Origin: a virus
IMG/VR virus record: IMGVR_UViG_3300032164_000003
Coordinates: 1 to 64,000 of that record
Reading direction: 5' to 3' (one strand)
DNA: 64,000 nucleotides
Part shown: one piece after another, positions 5,632 to 15,068 of the stretch
Numbering within the stretch: the stretch's first letter is position 1
How the letters are laid out: every line of letters begins with the position of its first letter
The notes under the pieces: model-generated
Database searches by the model: none
What the model was told of the DNA's origin: nothing
The model's input: only the letters and a program-made list of their open reading frames with translations
Position numbers and translations under genes: made by a program

Positions 5632-5689
5632 TGTGGCCCGGATTGATACTAACCAGTGGGGGGAACTGATTAGCCCAAAACGGGCCACA
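5632..5689 (-). ncRNA. candidate hairpin ncRNA with C-rich apical loop
   Basis: TGTGGCCCG/CGGGCCACA outer stem, inner GCTAATCAGT-TCCCCCC-ACTGGTTAGT. Confidence 0.4.
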
Positions 5690-5690
5690 A

Positions 5691-5704
5691 GATTGTCAAA
5701 GAAC
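5691..5704 (-). promoter_or_regulatory. boxA-like element GTTCTTTGACAATC
   Basis: Lies just after the stop of 5708..6133, at the entry to the RNA gene cluster. Confidence 0.55.
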
Positions 5705-5707
5705 TTC

Positions 5708-6133
5708 TTACGGAACCAATGCTGCAACGAAGCTTGGGAACCACTTCATGAACTCGCTTCGTGTCTTTTCTCCCCTGTACTCTTTCACGCCGAGCAACTC
5801 TGGTATACTCTCCGTAGGCTGCTTGACTACTTCGCGCAGGTATTTGAGTAACGCTTCCGTTACCTGCAGCTTCCCGTTCTGCGCGGGCTCCAACCCAGTA
5901 ATGACTACTGGGAAGTGCTCAAGCCTGCTTACTGCCTTACCCCGTCCCCGGACCTTGAACAGAGGATCGCAGGGGTTCATGAACGAGAATCCTACTTTCA
6001 TGGACTTCTTTTCCAAGTCCACCTCGCAACATGCTGTAACCGCCCCGGCCACATCAACCTGTGTTTTAGGGTGGCCATCTAGGACGATCTTGGTGCGGAA
6101 AGTTCGAAAAGTTGTGTACGGATTCGGGGTCAT
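5708..6133 (-). CDS. hypothetical protein
   Basis: 141-aa ORF with GGAG SD, downstream of a consensus promoter. Confidence 0.7.
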   Translation of the reverse strand: MTPNPYTTFRTFRTKIVLDGHPKTQVDVAGAVTACCEVDLEKKSMKVGFSFMNPCDPLFKVRGRGKAVSRLEHFPVVITGLEPAQNGKLQVTEALLKYLREVVKQPTESIPELLGVKEYRGEKTRSEFMKWFPSFVAALVP

Positions 6134-6174
6134 GACGCTCTCCAGTTCTCCTTCGTTATTGGTCGCTGGTCTAC

Positions 6175-6202
6175 ATTATACTTCTGAAACATGCGTTGTC
6201 AA
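6175..6202 (-). promoter_or_regulatory. consensus sigma70 promoter TTGACA-N16-TATAAT
   Basis: Minus strand CCTTGACAACGCATGTTTCAGAAGTATAAT, with a T-tract upstream. Confidence 0.8.
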
Positions 6203-6361
6203 GGAAAAAATGTTATTAGCTTCTAAACATTGGATTTATAAGTATAATGTTATCAAAATAAATCTGAAACTGTCCATAATCTTGAAGAGGCTGTACCGAC
6301 TAATCAACTCGGGCGGTACAGTAATGGAAAGCGGAACGTGCTTTACAGAACACTATAAGCG

Positions 6362-6562
6362 CTAGTGGGAATTGCCATTATTCCGCTTTTTGCATTCTTC
6401 AATTATTTCTTTTACGCGCTGATCCAAGGAATCTACACCAGATGGCAGTGCTCCAAGGGCCACTACTTTGCCCTTCATGTTAGTGTATAACGTCTTGTTT
6501 TGTTTGAATTCATTAACAAAGTTGTCAGTTGCGGCTGTGTCCAAGACCCGATCCTCCTTCAT
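6362..6562 (-). CDS. hypothetical protein
   Basis: 66-aa ORF co-oriented directly after 6581..10648. Confidence 0.5.
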   Translation of the reverse strand: MKEDRVLDTAATDNFVNEFKQNKTLYTNMKGKVVALGALPSGVDSLDQRVKEIIEECKKRNNGNSH

Positions 6563-6580
6563 TAGTTTTATGGGTGGAAG

Positions 6581-9500
6581 CTAGGAAATGTAAACTAAAC
6601 ATTCGTACTTCTCAAGCTCCTCAAATTTATACCAAGTCATTGTCAGCATGGAATTGGCAATTGCTACGCCCGGCATCATTGGATCTTCGTGTGTGGACTT
6701 GAATTCCAAATAAATTGTACGGCGTCCTGAACCTTGCGTAAATGGGAATGCATCAACTACTTCTCCTGGTACAATACTAAAAGAATCAAGAATTTCGAAA
6801 GCGACAGTTAGTGCTTGGCCGGGTTCATCGAAGCGCCCATTCCCATCTAGACCAGCACCAGACAGTTTTTCATTTATCTTTTCCCGCGTCTTTGGATCTA
6901 ACCTATTGGTCTTTTGTGCAATCATCGTCTGCGGCATCGGGCTGTCTTCTTGCACTTCCGTGACTCTATTAAATGCTTCTTCCATATCTTTAGGTACTGG
7001 CTCTCTCGGACCGCCCTTTTTCATTTCTTCATCAACGTGTGTCCAGAAATACCCGGGGACAGGATATGTACAGTTCTGGCATGGTGTGTCTCGCCAATAG
7101 TCTACGCGCTGCATGCTTTTGCATTCTGGGCATAGCGTTATGAATGCTCTTCCCCTACGGACAAATTCATTTGCAGCTTTTTCCATTTGTGCAAGCCGTT
7201 CGTAGTAATCTGCCATTTCCTTAAGATGCGCCCAGGCGATCTTTGCAGCCGCTTCCAGATCGTCTCCGATTACATCTGTCTCTGGGTCACTAGATCCGTG
7301 CTCTTGTTCTACTGTGATTCCCTTAGCTAAAGATTCCGGGGAGAATTCTACTTCTTCCCAGTTGATCCCTATCTTAGTTCCAATCTCCTTAGCCTCTTCT
7401 GCGGTGATTTCCGTTTCGCTGTGCTCGTGAGGGTCCATGGGGTTACCCCCCGCACGCAACGGAACGCCTATACCAACTTCTCTGGCGTAGTCCTCCATTA
7501 GTTCGCGCACATCGTATGGATCCATGTGTAATTGAATCGCAAGCTCTTCTAGATCCGATTCCGAAGGATTGCGGTGTTCCAATAACCACTCTTCGGCCTC
7601 TTCCAGGGTTGGAAGCCGTTGTTGTGTCGGAGCCGGAGTTTCTTCATAATCTGGATTTACCGGGGTAGAATATTGTCCAGTTCCTTCTGCTGGTTCTTGG
7701 TTGAGTGCCGTCTTTTCAGATGCCACTGCTGGCCGCATTGCATATGGTTGATCTTGTACCTCAATAGGAATCTGGTCGCTGGGCATCATAGAACTAAGTT
7801 CTTGCCGGATCAAGTTGGCGTCCTGCGAATTGTCAAAGCGGATCTCATCACCGATCAATCTATAGGAGCCGGCAAACTGTCCACCACTATACAACTCATT
7901 TACCAGGGCGGCTACATCTCTAGAATCAATGTATGGATAGTCGCCAATACTGATACTGTCCGCAGGCATAAATGGAGCTACTGCAGCGATAATCTCATCG
8001 ACCTTCTTGCTGGGATGCCCCAATAGGGGAAGTTCCTTTAGAAGATCAGCAAGCAATTCTGGGTCGCTAATGAATGGAAGAATGTCCATACCGTCCAGTA
8101 CGGTTAATACCTCCATTACAACATCATTGTCTGGCTCTTCATCGTCCATTGGATTTCTGCGGTCCGGATGCTCAGCCTTACCCTCTGCCAGCCCTTTTCC
8201 TACATCTGAATACGGGCCATCTCCAGGATTTTTACCAGGAGTACCGTCGTCAAATAATGAGGCCGGCTTATTTATAAGTGCACTGGCCATCTTGATCCCT
8301 CCAAGCATACGGATAGCCGTCTTTACTCTTGCTTCCTGCAAAGTCTTTGAGGAACGTGCCAGCCATTCTTTATTTTGTGACACGTCGCGTATGGCGAATA
8401 GCCACGAAGAAGAGAGTGCAAATCGATCCATGCTACCATTTGCACACAATAATTTGGATCCCATCTCTTTGATTATGGCAGCAGCTGCCGTTTTTGCGTC
8501 TGGGTAAACAACGTGCCCAATGGGAGTTTTTGAACTGTACCACTGGACACGAACTTTACCATCTTTCTGATCTGACATCTCCGGGAGAATCGCCGCATAC
8601 AAATCCACGCCGATCCCTTTATATTCTGTCCCGATTTTTGCAACACCAAAAATTGCAGATTCACCGTCCAGCGGCGTTTCCTCCGAAGAAACCTTATTAA
8701 GTTGCCTCATTGGTTTCCCCGGTTTCTGAATGAATTGCTGTTGAATAGTTCTATCCTCTACTGGAGAGCCTTGCTCACTCTGTGTAGAGGGTGTACTTTG
8801 CGTAGATGGTGCACTAGGAGACACAGGTGTCGGTGTAGAGTTGTCAGTAGTGGGCGCACCGGGAGACATCGGAGGTTGCGGAGTAGTGCTTGAGGGATTC
8901 TTTACTTGATCCTCAAACTGTTTTACTATCTCCTCTGATATACCCATATCTTTAAGTAGCTGGGTAATTTCCGGAATGTCACTAACGTTCATTTGCGCAG
9001 TGTTATACACGCGTACGTCTCCCTCATACGGACCGGTGTATTGCTCTGTACTGGGTCCGGTGCTCAAGTTTAGCTCTGTCCAGGCGTACTTCTTTCCGCA
9101 GGATGCACAAACGATGTCTTTACCATGCTCACCGGCTTGCATTCCATTTTCATTACCACAGTGTGGGCATGTGGAAGATCCTCCGTGCATCATTCCGCCC
9201 TCTGGAACCATGTCCGTATTTGTTTCATCCAGAGGTGAGAACTTAGTGTAATTTGGCCTGGCCTCTTCTACTTCTGCTGGGCCTTGCTGCTTGTACGGAA
9301 ACGCGCGCTTATTAGTTGCGTCTTTCATTTGCAGTGTCTCTGCGACGTCTGACACTTCTTCTTTGTCAACGCCGCTTTTAAAGATTCTCTTTAGCTTCTT
9401 GAGAAGATCTATGTACTTGTACTTTTCGAGCATCTTATACCGCACGTTTCCCGGTGCCTTGTGCCTGTCATCTGCCGGTGCGTTTCGGTAGGATTCGTCA

Positions 9501-10648
9501 CGGTCTTCTTTTATTTGTTCGTACTCTTGGACTAGCTCTCCCAGGATGCGATTAATTTCTTGCAGCTTTCCCTCCATCTTTTGCATGAGCCGGTCTGGAT
9601 TCCGAACTGCAGAAACAGCCTCCTTAATAAGTTCATAATCTACTGTGTACGTTTTCGTTTCCTGAATCAATTTGTCCAGGCGAGTCATTGTCTCAATAGT
9701 TTCTTGGCGCTCTTGTCCAAAGATCTGATCTGGATCAAACGATTCATCGTAAAGCTCTCCACTTTGTACCATCTGTCCTTGCTGAATGCTATAAACCGGA
9801 TCACGGTCTGTGATCCCAAGTGGAGATTGCCCTAACTTTGTTTGTTCTCCCTGTATAACAATTGTAGCATTGAACGGATGCTCTGTCTCTCCAAGCTTGA
9901 TGTCGTGAATAAGGTCTATCGTTATTTCGTAGAGTTTATCTCCAGTGATTCCTGGATAAACACTTTGAACGACTTCCGGATTCAATAGGAGCCTAGTATC
10001 CACATCGGTTTTCGAGTTGTACTGATTTGTAAGGATCGATCCGTATATGAATACATCTATAATTGCCTCTGCTGGAAGATGCAAGTCATCGAGGAAAGAT
10101 CCTACAATATCTTCTATCGCCGTTAAGATCTCTGGTTGAAGCTTTAGCTGATCTGCAGAAACGTTCCAAATAGACGGATCTAACTCGTCCCTTGGATAAT
10201 CAATGATTGAAGCGTGTGTCTTTCCCATTATGGTGTGTCCACCGGATTCTTCCTGAACACGGAGCCCATAGGTATTTTCTAAGTGCCCAATCAAATCTTT
10301 ATTTACTACATCTAAAGACAATACGGCGTCTGGATCCATGTCCTTAATTTCATAATTAAACTTATCAACGGCAATCTTGATCAATGCGGCCCCAAGTCCT
10401 TGTCTACGATAGTTACTGTGTACTGCAATATCAAATGAGTATTTACCATCTAAGTAATTATCCATCAAAGCAGACACAAGCACGCCACCGCCCCCACCAG
10501 CAAAATCTGGATCTACATGACCACAAACAAAGTCTTTATCGGACAAGAATGTGATGCCGGATTGCTGTGCCAATGCCCACGGATCTGCATTGACTAGATT
10601 TGCATCGTCAAGTTCCTCTAAGCCATAATATAGTTCCAGATCTGCCAT
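6581..10648 (-). CDS. large modular protein: GNAT acetyltransferase + Pol-beta-type nucleotidyltransferase + two Zn ribbons + DUF5661-like domain; probably virion-associated
   Basis: IAVHSNYRRQGLGAAL (acetyl-CoA motif); IYGSILTNQYNSKTDVD (GS..DxD); CPHCG..CASCG; GITVEQEH..AKIAWAHLKEMADYY; CPEC..CQNC. Start at M32 avoids overlap with the upstream gene. Confidence 0.75.
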   Translation of the reverse strand: MADLELYYGLEELDDANLVNADPWALAQQSGITFLSDKDFVCGHVDPDFAGGGGGVLVSALMDNYLDGKYSFDIAVHSNYRRQGLGAALIKIAVDKFNYEIKDMDPDAVLSLDVVNKDLIGHLENTYGLRVQEESGGHTIMGKTHASIIDYPRDELDPSIWNVSADQLKLQPEILTAIEDIVGSFLDDLHLPAEAIIDVFIYGSILTNQYNSKTDVDTRLLLNPEVVQSVYPGITGDKLYEITIDLIHDIKLGETEHPFNATIVIQGEQTKLGQSPLGITDRDPVYSIQQGQMVQSGELYDESFDPDQIFGQERQETIETMTRLDKLIQETKTYTVDYELIKEAVSAVRNPDRLMQKMEGKLQEINRILGELVQEYEQIKEDRDESYRNAPADDRHKAPGNVRYKMLEKYKYIDLLKKLKRIFKSGVDKEEVSDVAETLQMKDATNKRAFPYKQQGPAEVEEARPNYTKFSPLDETNTDMVPEGGMMHGGSSTCPHCGNENGMQAGEHGKDIVCASCGKKYAWTELNLSTGPSTEQYTGPYEGDVRVYNTAQMNVSDIPEITQLLKDMGISEEIVKQFEDQVKNPSSTTPQPPMSPGAPTTDNSTPTPVSPSAPSTQSTPSTQSEQGSPVEDRTIQQQFIQKPGKPMRQLNKVSSEETPLDGESAIFGVAKIGTEYKGIGVDLYAAILPEMSDQKDGKVRVQWYSSKTPIGHVVYPDAKTAAAAIIKEMGSKLLCANGSMDRFALSSSWLFAIRDVSQNKEWLARSSKTLQEARVKTAIRMLGGIKMASALINKPASLFDDGTPGKNPGDGPYSDVGKGLAEGKAEHPDRRNPMDDEEPDNDVVMEVLTVLDGMDILPFISDPELLADLLKELPLLGHPSKKVDEIIAAVAPFMPADSISIGDYPYIDSRDVAALVNELYSGGQFAGSYRLIGDEIRFDNSQDANLIRQELSSMMPSDQIPIEVQDQPYAMRPAVASEKTALNQEPAEGTGQYSTPVNPDYEETPAPTQQRLPTLEEAEEWLLEHRNPSESDLEELAIQLHMDPYDVRELMEDYAREVGIGVPLRAGGNPMDPHEHSETEITAEEAKEIGTKIGINWEEVEFSPESLAKGITVEQEHGSSDPETDVIGDDLEAAAKIAWAHLKEMADYYERLAQMEKAANEFVRRGRAFITLCPECKSMQRVDYWRDTPCQNCTYPVPGYFWTHVDEEMKKGGPREPVPKDMEEAFNRVTEVQEDSPMPQTMIAQKTNRLDPKTREKINEKLSGAGLDGNGRFDEPGQALTVAFEILDSFSIVPGEVVDAFPFTQGSGRRTIYLEFKSTHEDPMMPGVAIANSMLTMTWYKFEELEKYECLVYIS

Positions 10649-10655
10649 GTTGTAA

Positions 10656-10991
10656 TTACTCGCCCTTAACCTGCATGCGCGGAACAACGTACTTTTCCGG
10701 TGTAATGGCTGGTGCTGGAGGCTTGATACCGACTGTGCCATGCATTGTTGTGTACATTCCAGACTTCATCATGTCTATGTACGCTTCGAGCTTAGCAATC
10801 TTTATTGCCTGCTCATTAAACTTGCTTTCCAAGGAAGGGATCACTACATTGTCTAATTGGACAACTGTCTTCTTTATTTCACCACTTCCAATAACTGCTG
10901 TAACAATTACTCCAATAACTGCGAGTAATGCGGCAAAGTATGGTCCCAGTACCTTTAGGAATTCAATCTTGGTCTTCGTCTCGTCTGCCAT
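10656..10991 (-). CDS. membrane-anchored coiled-coil protein
   Basis: N-terminal hydrophobic helix YFAALLAVIGVIVTAVIG; GAGG SD. Confidence 0.65.
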   Translation of the reverse strand: MADETKTKIEFLKVLGPYFAALLAVIGVIVTAVIGSGEIKKTVVQLDNVVIPSLESKFNEQAIKIAKLEAYIDMMKSGMYTTMHGTVGIKPPAPAITPEKYVVPRMQVKGE

Positions 10992-11000
10992 GGTGTACCT

Positions 11001-13046
11001 CTAGAAGTGCTGATTGAAGACGGCTGCAAGGTGCTTACATATAATGTTGCTGAGTGCTTTTGGTGCGCGTCCTTCTGGATATTCCCGTGGGGCAGGTACA
11101 CCCTCAGGTATTAATTCAGTGTCTCGTGTTTCCAGTTCGTACTGCGATCCGTGCCATAAATATGCTGGGCAGTTATGCACTATTATTCCCTGTTCTAATA
11201 AAAAGTTTTCATACTGCTCTACGGACAAATCGTACACTGGTACAGGCTCATCAAAGTTTACTACTCGCACGCTTATGACCTTGTGATTTTTGTATTCGTT
11301 TTTCTGCTCTCCGTTAACGTAGGATTTAACCTCCAATGAACATTTGCGCATGTCGGTCGGTAACAGTGGCCTGTATTTGTCAAGTATCGCTTCTTTGTTG
11401 CGGCTCCACCAATATTGCACCCGGTCAAAAGAGGAAAAGAATTTGTTGTAGTGCGCGGCTCCGGGGAGTTTATATGTTTTGTACGTGTTTGGAGTAAGTT
11501 TTACACCATGTATAGTTTCTGTAATGTAACACGACTTCATAATTTTACCAATTTGTTGATGCCGCTTTATAACATTAGATTTATTTCTTACGCAATTTTT
11601 CTTATTATATTCTTTCATTCTCTTGGACAAATTTTCGCGATATTTTTCTGATGTACGAGCATGGAACGCGATCATTCGTTTTCTATTTATTTCTCTTACA
11701 GATCTATTTGTAATCGCATTGATTGATTTTTCAAGTATTTTCCTTCTTCCACATTTATTTATGTTACTCCAAAATGCCGTTTTCCTATTACTTATTTGTT
11801 TTCTTCCGTCTATACTCTTTGTCCATGCGATTCCTAGAGCGCGCCCATTAATAATGTTTTGTTGATTTTTCTTGTAAGACGAGACGCCCGCACGTTGTAC
11901 GTGTCCTAGCATTTCATTTCTTCTATTGTCCCACAGGTTTTTTAGGTTCTTATTATTTTTTGCTACTGTTGAATGGTACAACAGATGTTCATTATATCCT
12001 TTCCATTCTAAATTTTCTGGCGTGTTATTATGCTTATCAAAGTTTTTGTGGTGCACAACAACAGTGTCTTCCATTTTTAAGCTGTTATTTTTTTCATCTG
12101 GTAGCGCACATTCTGCAACCTTCCTAAATACAAATCTCCAACCAGGCCCAGTGTTGGATTTATACTGTAGATAGTCTCCCGATGAACTAGTAGAGTATAT
12201 CTTTTTGTCTCTCAAATACAACGGCATTAATGATGTTCCCGGGGTCAAATCTTTAGCATATACATATTCGCCAGTGCGCAGCATGAATCGATGATTTCCA
12301 GTGCACTTTACTGTACTTCCATTATCTAATGTTACATAATATAGTTCTTTTACATAATTAGTTATTCCCAAGCTTTTAGCTTTTCCGGGAACAAATTCTC
12401 CATTCTTGTCTGTGGAGTACACCCAGAAGTGTTTATCAGATCCATATGTAGTATATAGTTCTTTCATACTAACTGTTTTACCATCTAATAGTGGTATTTT
12501 AGTATCTTCAGTAAGACAATTACAGTGTACCTTTACATCGGAGTTTATCAAATCTGGATATGCTGCATATACTGTTGGCCACTGCTCGGTAGACTTAACT
12601 AATAGTTCTCCTGGTTCATCTGGGAGAATGTCCGCCGGAAGAGCCTCAACGGCCTGTGCTAAGCGTAGGCGGGCTCCAGTGTACCATGGGTATAGATCGC
12701 CCCAAGGTTTCTTTTGTTGTGCGGGCGGTCCAGGAGCAGGGGACAGTTCCTGTGGCTCTGGTTCTAATTCAATGTCTGGCTCTGGTATTTCTGGTTCCTC
12801 TACAGGTGCCGGCGGTGGAGGCAAACCCAATTCCCCACGATCAAATTGTACAAGATCCTGCCAATTGTCAAACATTATAGTTTGGATCCACGTATTTATA
12901 GAGTATGCCGAGGTGGTGTTGAACTGCAACAGGCCACCAATTGGATCGAAGTGAATCAGCTGGGAAGTGCATGTTGCGGCTCTAGCATCAACCCAATCCG
13001 GAGTACTGGCACGAAGGTCCAGGATGCTTGTGGCCAATATAATCAA
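11001..13046 (-). CDS. SWIM-type Zn-finger protein interrupted by an HNH-containing intein
   Basis: Spliced extein reads VHCN|CPAYLWHG...ICKHLAAV (CxC...CxH). Confidence 0.75.
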   Translation of the reverse strand: MIILATSILDLRASTPDWVDARAATCTSQLIHFDPIGGLLQFNTTSAYSINTWIQTIMFDNWQDLVQFDRGELGLPPPPAPVEEPEIPEPDIELEPEPQELSPAPGPPAQQKKPWGDLYPWYTGARLRLAQAVEALPADILPDEPGELLVKSTEQWPTVYAAYPDLINSDVKVHCNCLTEDTKIPLLDGKTVSMKELYTTYGSDKHFWVYSTDKNGEFVPGKAKSLGITNYVKELYYVTLDNGSTVKCTGNHRFMLRTGEYVYAKDLTPGTSLMPLYLRDKKIYSTSSSGDYLQYKSNTGPGWRFVFRKVAECALPDEKNNSLKMEDTVVVHHKNFDKHNNTPENLEWKGYNEHLLYHSTVAKNNKNLKNLWDNRRNEMLGHVQRAGVSSYKKNQQNIINGRALGIAWTKSIDGRKQISNRKTAFWSNINKCGRRKILEKSINAITNRSVREINRKRMIAFHARTSEKYRENLSKRMKEYNKKNCVRNKSNVIKRHQQIGKIMKSCYITETIHGVKLTPNTYKTYKLPGAAHYNKFFSSFDRVQYWWSRNKEAILDKYRPLLPTDMRKCSLEVKSYVNGEQKNEYKNHKVISVRVVNFDEPVPVYDLSVEQYENFLLEQGIIVHNCPAYLWHGSQYELETRDTELIPEGVPAPREYPEGRAPKALSNIICKHLAAVFNQHF
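11172..12518 (-). mobile_element. intein (449 aa) with HNH homing endonuclease
   Basis: Starts CLTEDT, block B CTGNHRF, HHKNFDKHNNTPENL, ends VYDLSV..ENFLL..GIIVHN followed by C; AT-rich relative to flanks. Confidence 0.9.
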
Positions 13047-13885
13047 ATCAGCTTCTCCAAATCTTGCAGTGCCGCCAATGCGTCTGACATCTTTTGCTTT
13101 TTCAGGTTAACCATTCTATCTCGGTAGTCTAGCGCAGTTTCCCGGAATATTTTAGCAAATGTTTCTAATCCTATAATTCCGGGATGCCCAGATTCAGATA
13201 GTTGGTTCAGTACACCGTGTTGTATGTCTCCGCACATATTGCTCACAATTATGCTAAGCTCTCGGATTACATCATCTATAAACGCTTCCAAGAATTGAGC
13301 TACAAGTACCTTTGGAGCACGCAGCGCACTGACGTCTTTTATGAAGTCCCTGGCCTCTTTGTTTAGTTTGGCCTGCTGTTCAAGCAGATCCATTATGTTA
13401 ATGTCATCAAGTTCTTTGTCCAGGGCACCGCTCTCATCTCGGGTATCTACCTTAGTTGCTATTTTTTCTTGTAACTTGCGTGTGCGCTTAACAAAAAGCT
13501 GCGCCATCTTTACAAGATCTTCGTACGCCTTTTCTAGATCTTGACTTGTTACAAGTTTAACCGAGGAACTGATAGGCTCAAGCGCCTTTGCTATCGCCAG
13601 ATTCACTCCATCGGTACGCTTTGCTAGGACTTTGTTCAGGATGTGCTTGCCAAGAACATGCTTGTTGAAGTGGTGATTAATGTCGGTGTAATCAACCCCC
13701 ATCTTGTATGTTTCTTTTATATACTTACGAATCTTCTCGTAACCAAACTCTTCCTCCATCTTTCTGTGGTGAAGATCTCTCAGATGCTCTGGGGACATCC
13801 GACATATTCTACAGGATGCTTCACCGTAGGGACAAAGCTCTAATTGTTCTGCAGTAAGGGGCGGTAGGTTTTTTTGCTTTGGCAT
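13043..13885 (-). CDS. Zn-binding helical protein, possibly terminase small subunit-like
   Basis: CRIC...HHFNKH motif followed by coiled coil; function is inference only. Confidence 0.45.
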   Translation of the reverse strand: MPKQKNLPPLTAEQLELCPYGEASCRICRMSPEHLRDLHHRKMEEEFGYEKIRKYIKETYKMGVDYTDINHHFNKHVLGKHILNKVLAKRTDGVNLAIAKALEPISSSVKLVTSQDLEKAYEDLVKMAQLFVKRTRKLQEKIATKVDTRDESGALDKELDDINIMDLLEQQAKLNKEARDFIKDVSALRAPKVLVAQFLEAFIDDVIRELSIIVSNMCGDIQHGVLNQLSESGHPGIIGLETFAKIFRETALDYRDRMVNLKKQKMSDALAALQDLEKLI

Positions 13886-13906
13886 GGTATCATTTTCTTC
13901 GTTTCG

Positions 13907-14455
13907 TTAAAGGCGCTCTGTCAATAACAGACTCCATTCAGTTGGATCTATTGGAGCGCCAAACATTGGGCGTTCGATTATATCTTCGTGATGAAACGAC
14001 TGTGTTGGGGTCATTGGCTTGTCTATCACTGGTTTTGTGTTTTCTGCATCTTCAACTATCTTATCTATCAGTTCCTGCGAAAATACATGGCGCTTTTCTC
14101 TATAAAAAGCAATAGACGGTTTTTGAAATTCACCCTTGTACAATGGTATTGCTAATGATATGCGGATCACACGTTGATTACGTGTAACTACTTCTGCATT
14201 GACTTGGATAACTCCTACAACTTCAACGAATGCCTTATGTGTATCTTCAAATCCACGAATATTCCCAAGCTGAAATGTTGGTGTAGATGGTAGATTGAAG
14301 TCTGTAAGAAAATCACTGGCAAACCCAATGGCCGCTTGTGTTATCTCGCCAATTTTGGTGTTCCTATTGTAACCTACACCGATAGGTACATCCGGCATCT
14401 CCGCTGGATCCCGGCTACGATCTACCGCTAGAACTTCTGACGCTTCGACGCGCAT
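13907..14455 (-). CDS. hypothetical protein (N-terminal MRVEAS)
   Basis: 182-aa ORF in a tightly packed operon. Confidence 0.7.
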   Translation of the reverse strand: MRVEASEVLAVDRSRDPAEMPDVPIGVGYNRNTKIGEITQAAIGFASDFLTDFNLPSTPTFQLGNIRGFEDTHKAFVEVVGVIQVNAEVVTRNQRVIRISLAIPLYKGEFQKPSIAFYREKRHVFSQELIDKIVEDAENTKPVIDKPMTPTQSFHHEDIIERPMFGAPIDPTEWSLLLTERL

Positions 14456-14460
14456 GGTTT

Positions 14461-15057
14461 CTACCGATCATGCAAAAATTCTGGACCGTCTGGGCCTTCG
14501 TATTCCGGAGAACTTACATTAAATGCTGCCCCACATTGTGGACATTCCATATGAGTAGATGGGGGAAACATTGGCACATTGAACTTTGGATGCTGTGTGT
14601 CTAGATCATGCATAAAGGTATACCCACATTCTGGACAGGTTACCTGCTTCTTAGTCCTGAGCGCCTCTTTAGCGATGTCTCCGCCACTGTCCGTTCCATG
14701 TTGTTCTGCATCGTTAATTATATGACCCTCGTCAAGTCCCTCGGCTGTATAAGCTAGATATCCCTCGGTTAAGATTGATATTGCTTGCTCACGATCTTCA
14801 AATTGCTCCCGAAGATCTTTGGAGAATTCATCTACTATTTCATTTAATTCGTCTACTGCATCTTGCGTAGGCTTACCAGATGTAACATCTATAAAATAGG
14901 ACATCGGCATAATATCTTTTTTTGTTTTCTCCCACAGGGCATCTCGGTATTCTTCCCCAAATTGGTATCCCCACACAAAACATTGCTTGTGCGGGGCATA
15001 CGTGTATGGGGAACGTATACTAGTTTGTGCTAAAACTTTTGAGGCTTCAACACGCAT
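14461..15057 (-). CDS. hypothetical protein with C-terminal Zn ribbon (N-terminal MRVEAS)
   Basis: CPECG...CPQCG. Confidence 0.7.
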   Translation of the reverse strand: MRVEASKVLAQTSIRSPYTYAPHKQCFVWGYQFGEEYRDALWEKTKKDIMPMSYFIDVTSGKPTQDAVDELNEIVDEFSKDLREQFEDREQAISILTEGYLAYTAEGLDEGHIINDAEQHGTDSGGDIAKEALRTKKQVTCPECGYTFMHDLDTQHPKFNVPMFPPSTHMECPQCGAAFNVSSPEYEGPDGPEFLHDR

Positions 15058-15068
15058 TTTTAATTTCC

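Noticed and set aside
4043-5851. Short ORFs 4043..4234, 4118..4324, 4563..4757, 5077..5259, 5332..5565, 5633..5851
   Set aside because: They overlap tRNA or Y-like RNA genes or lie antisense to real genes, with no SD or recognisable motifs.
10649-10741. N-terminal extension of the 1386-aa ORF (similar extensions at 21383-21538, 30376-30429 and 53416-53457)
   Set aside because: These overlap upstream genes; downstream starts with better SD or gene coupling exist.
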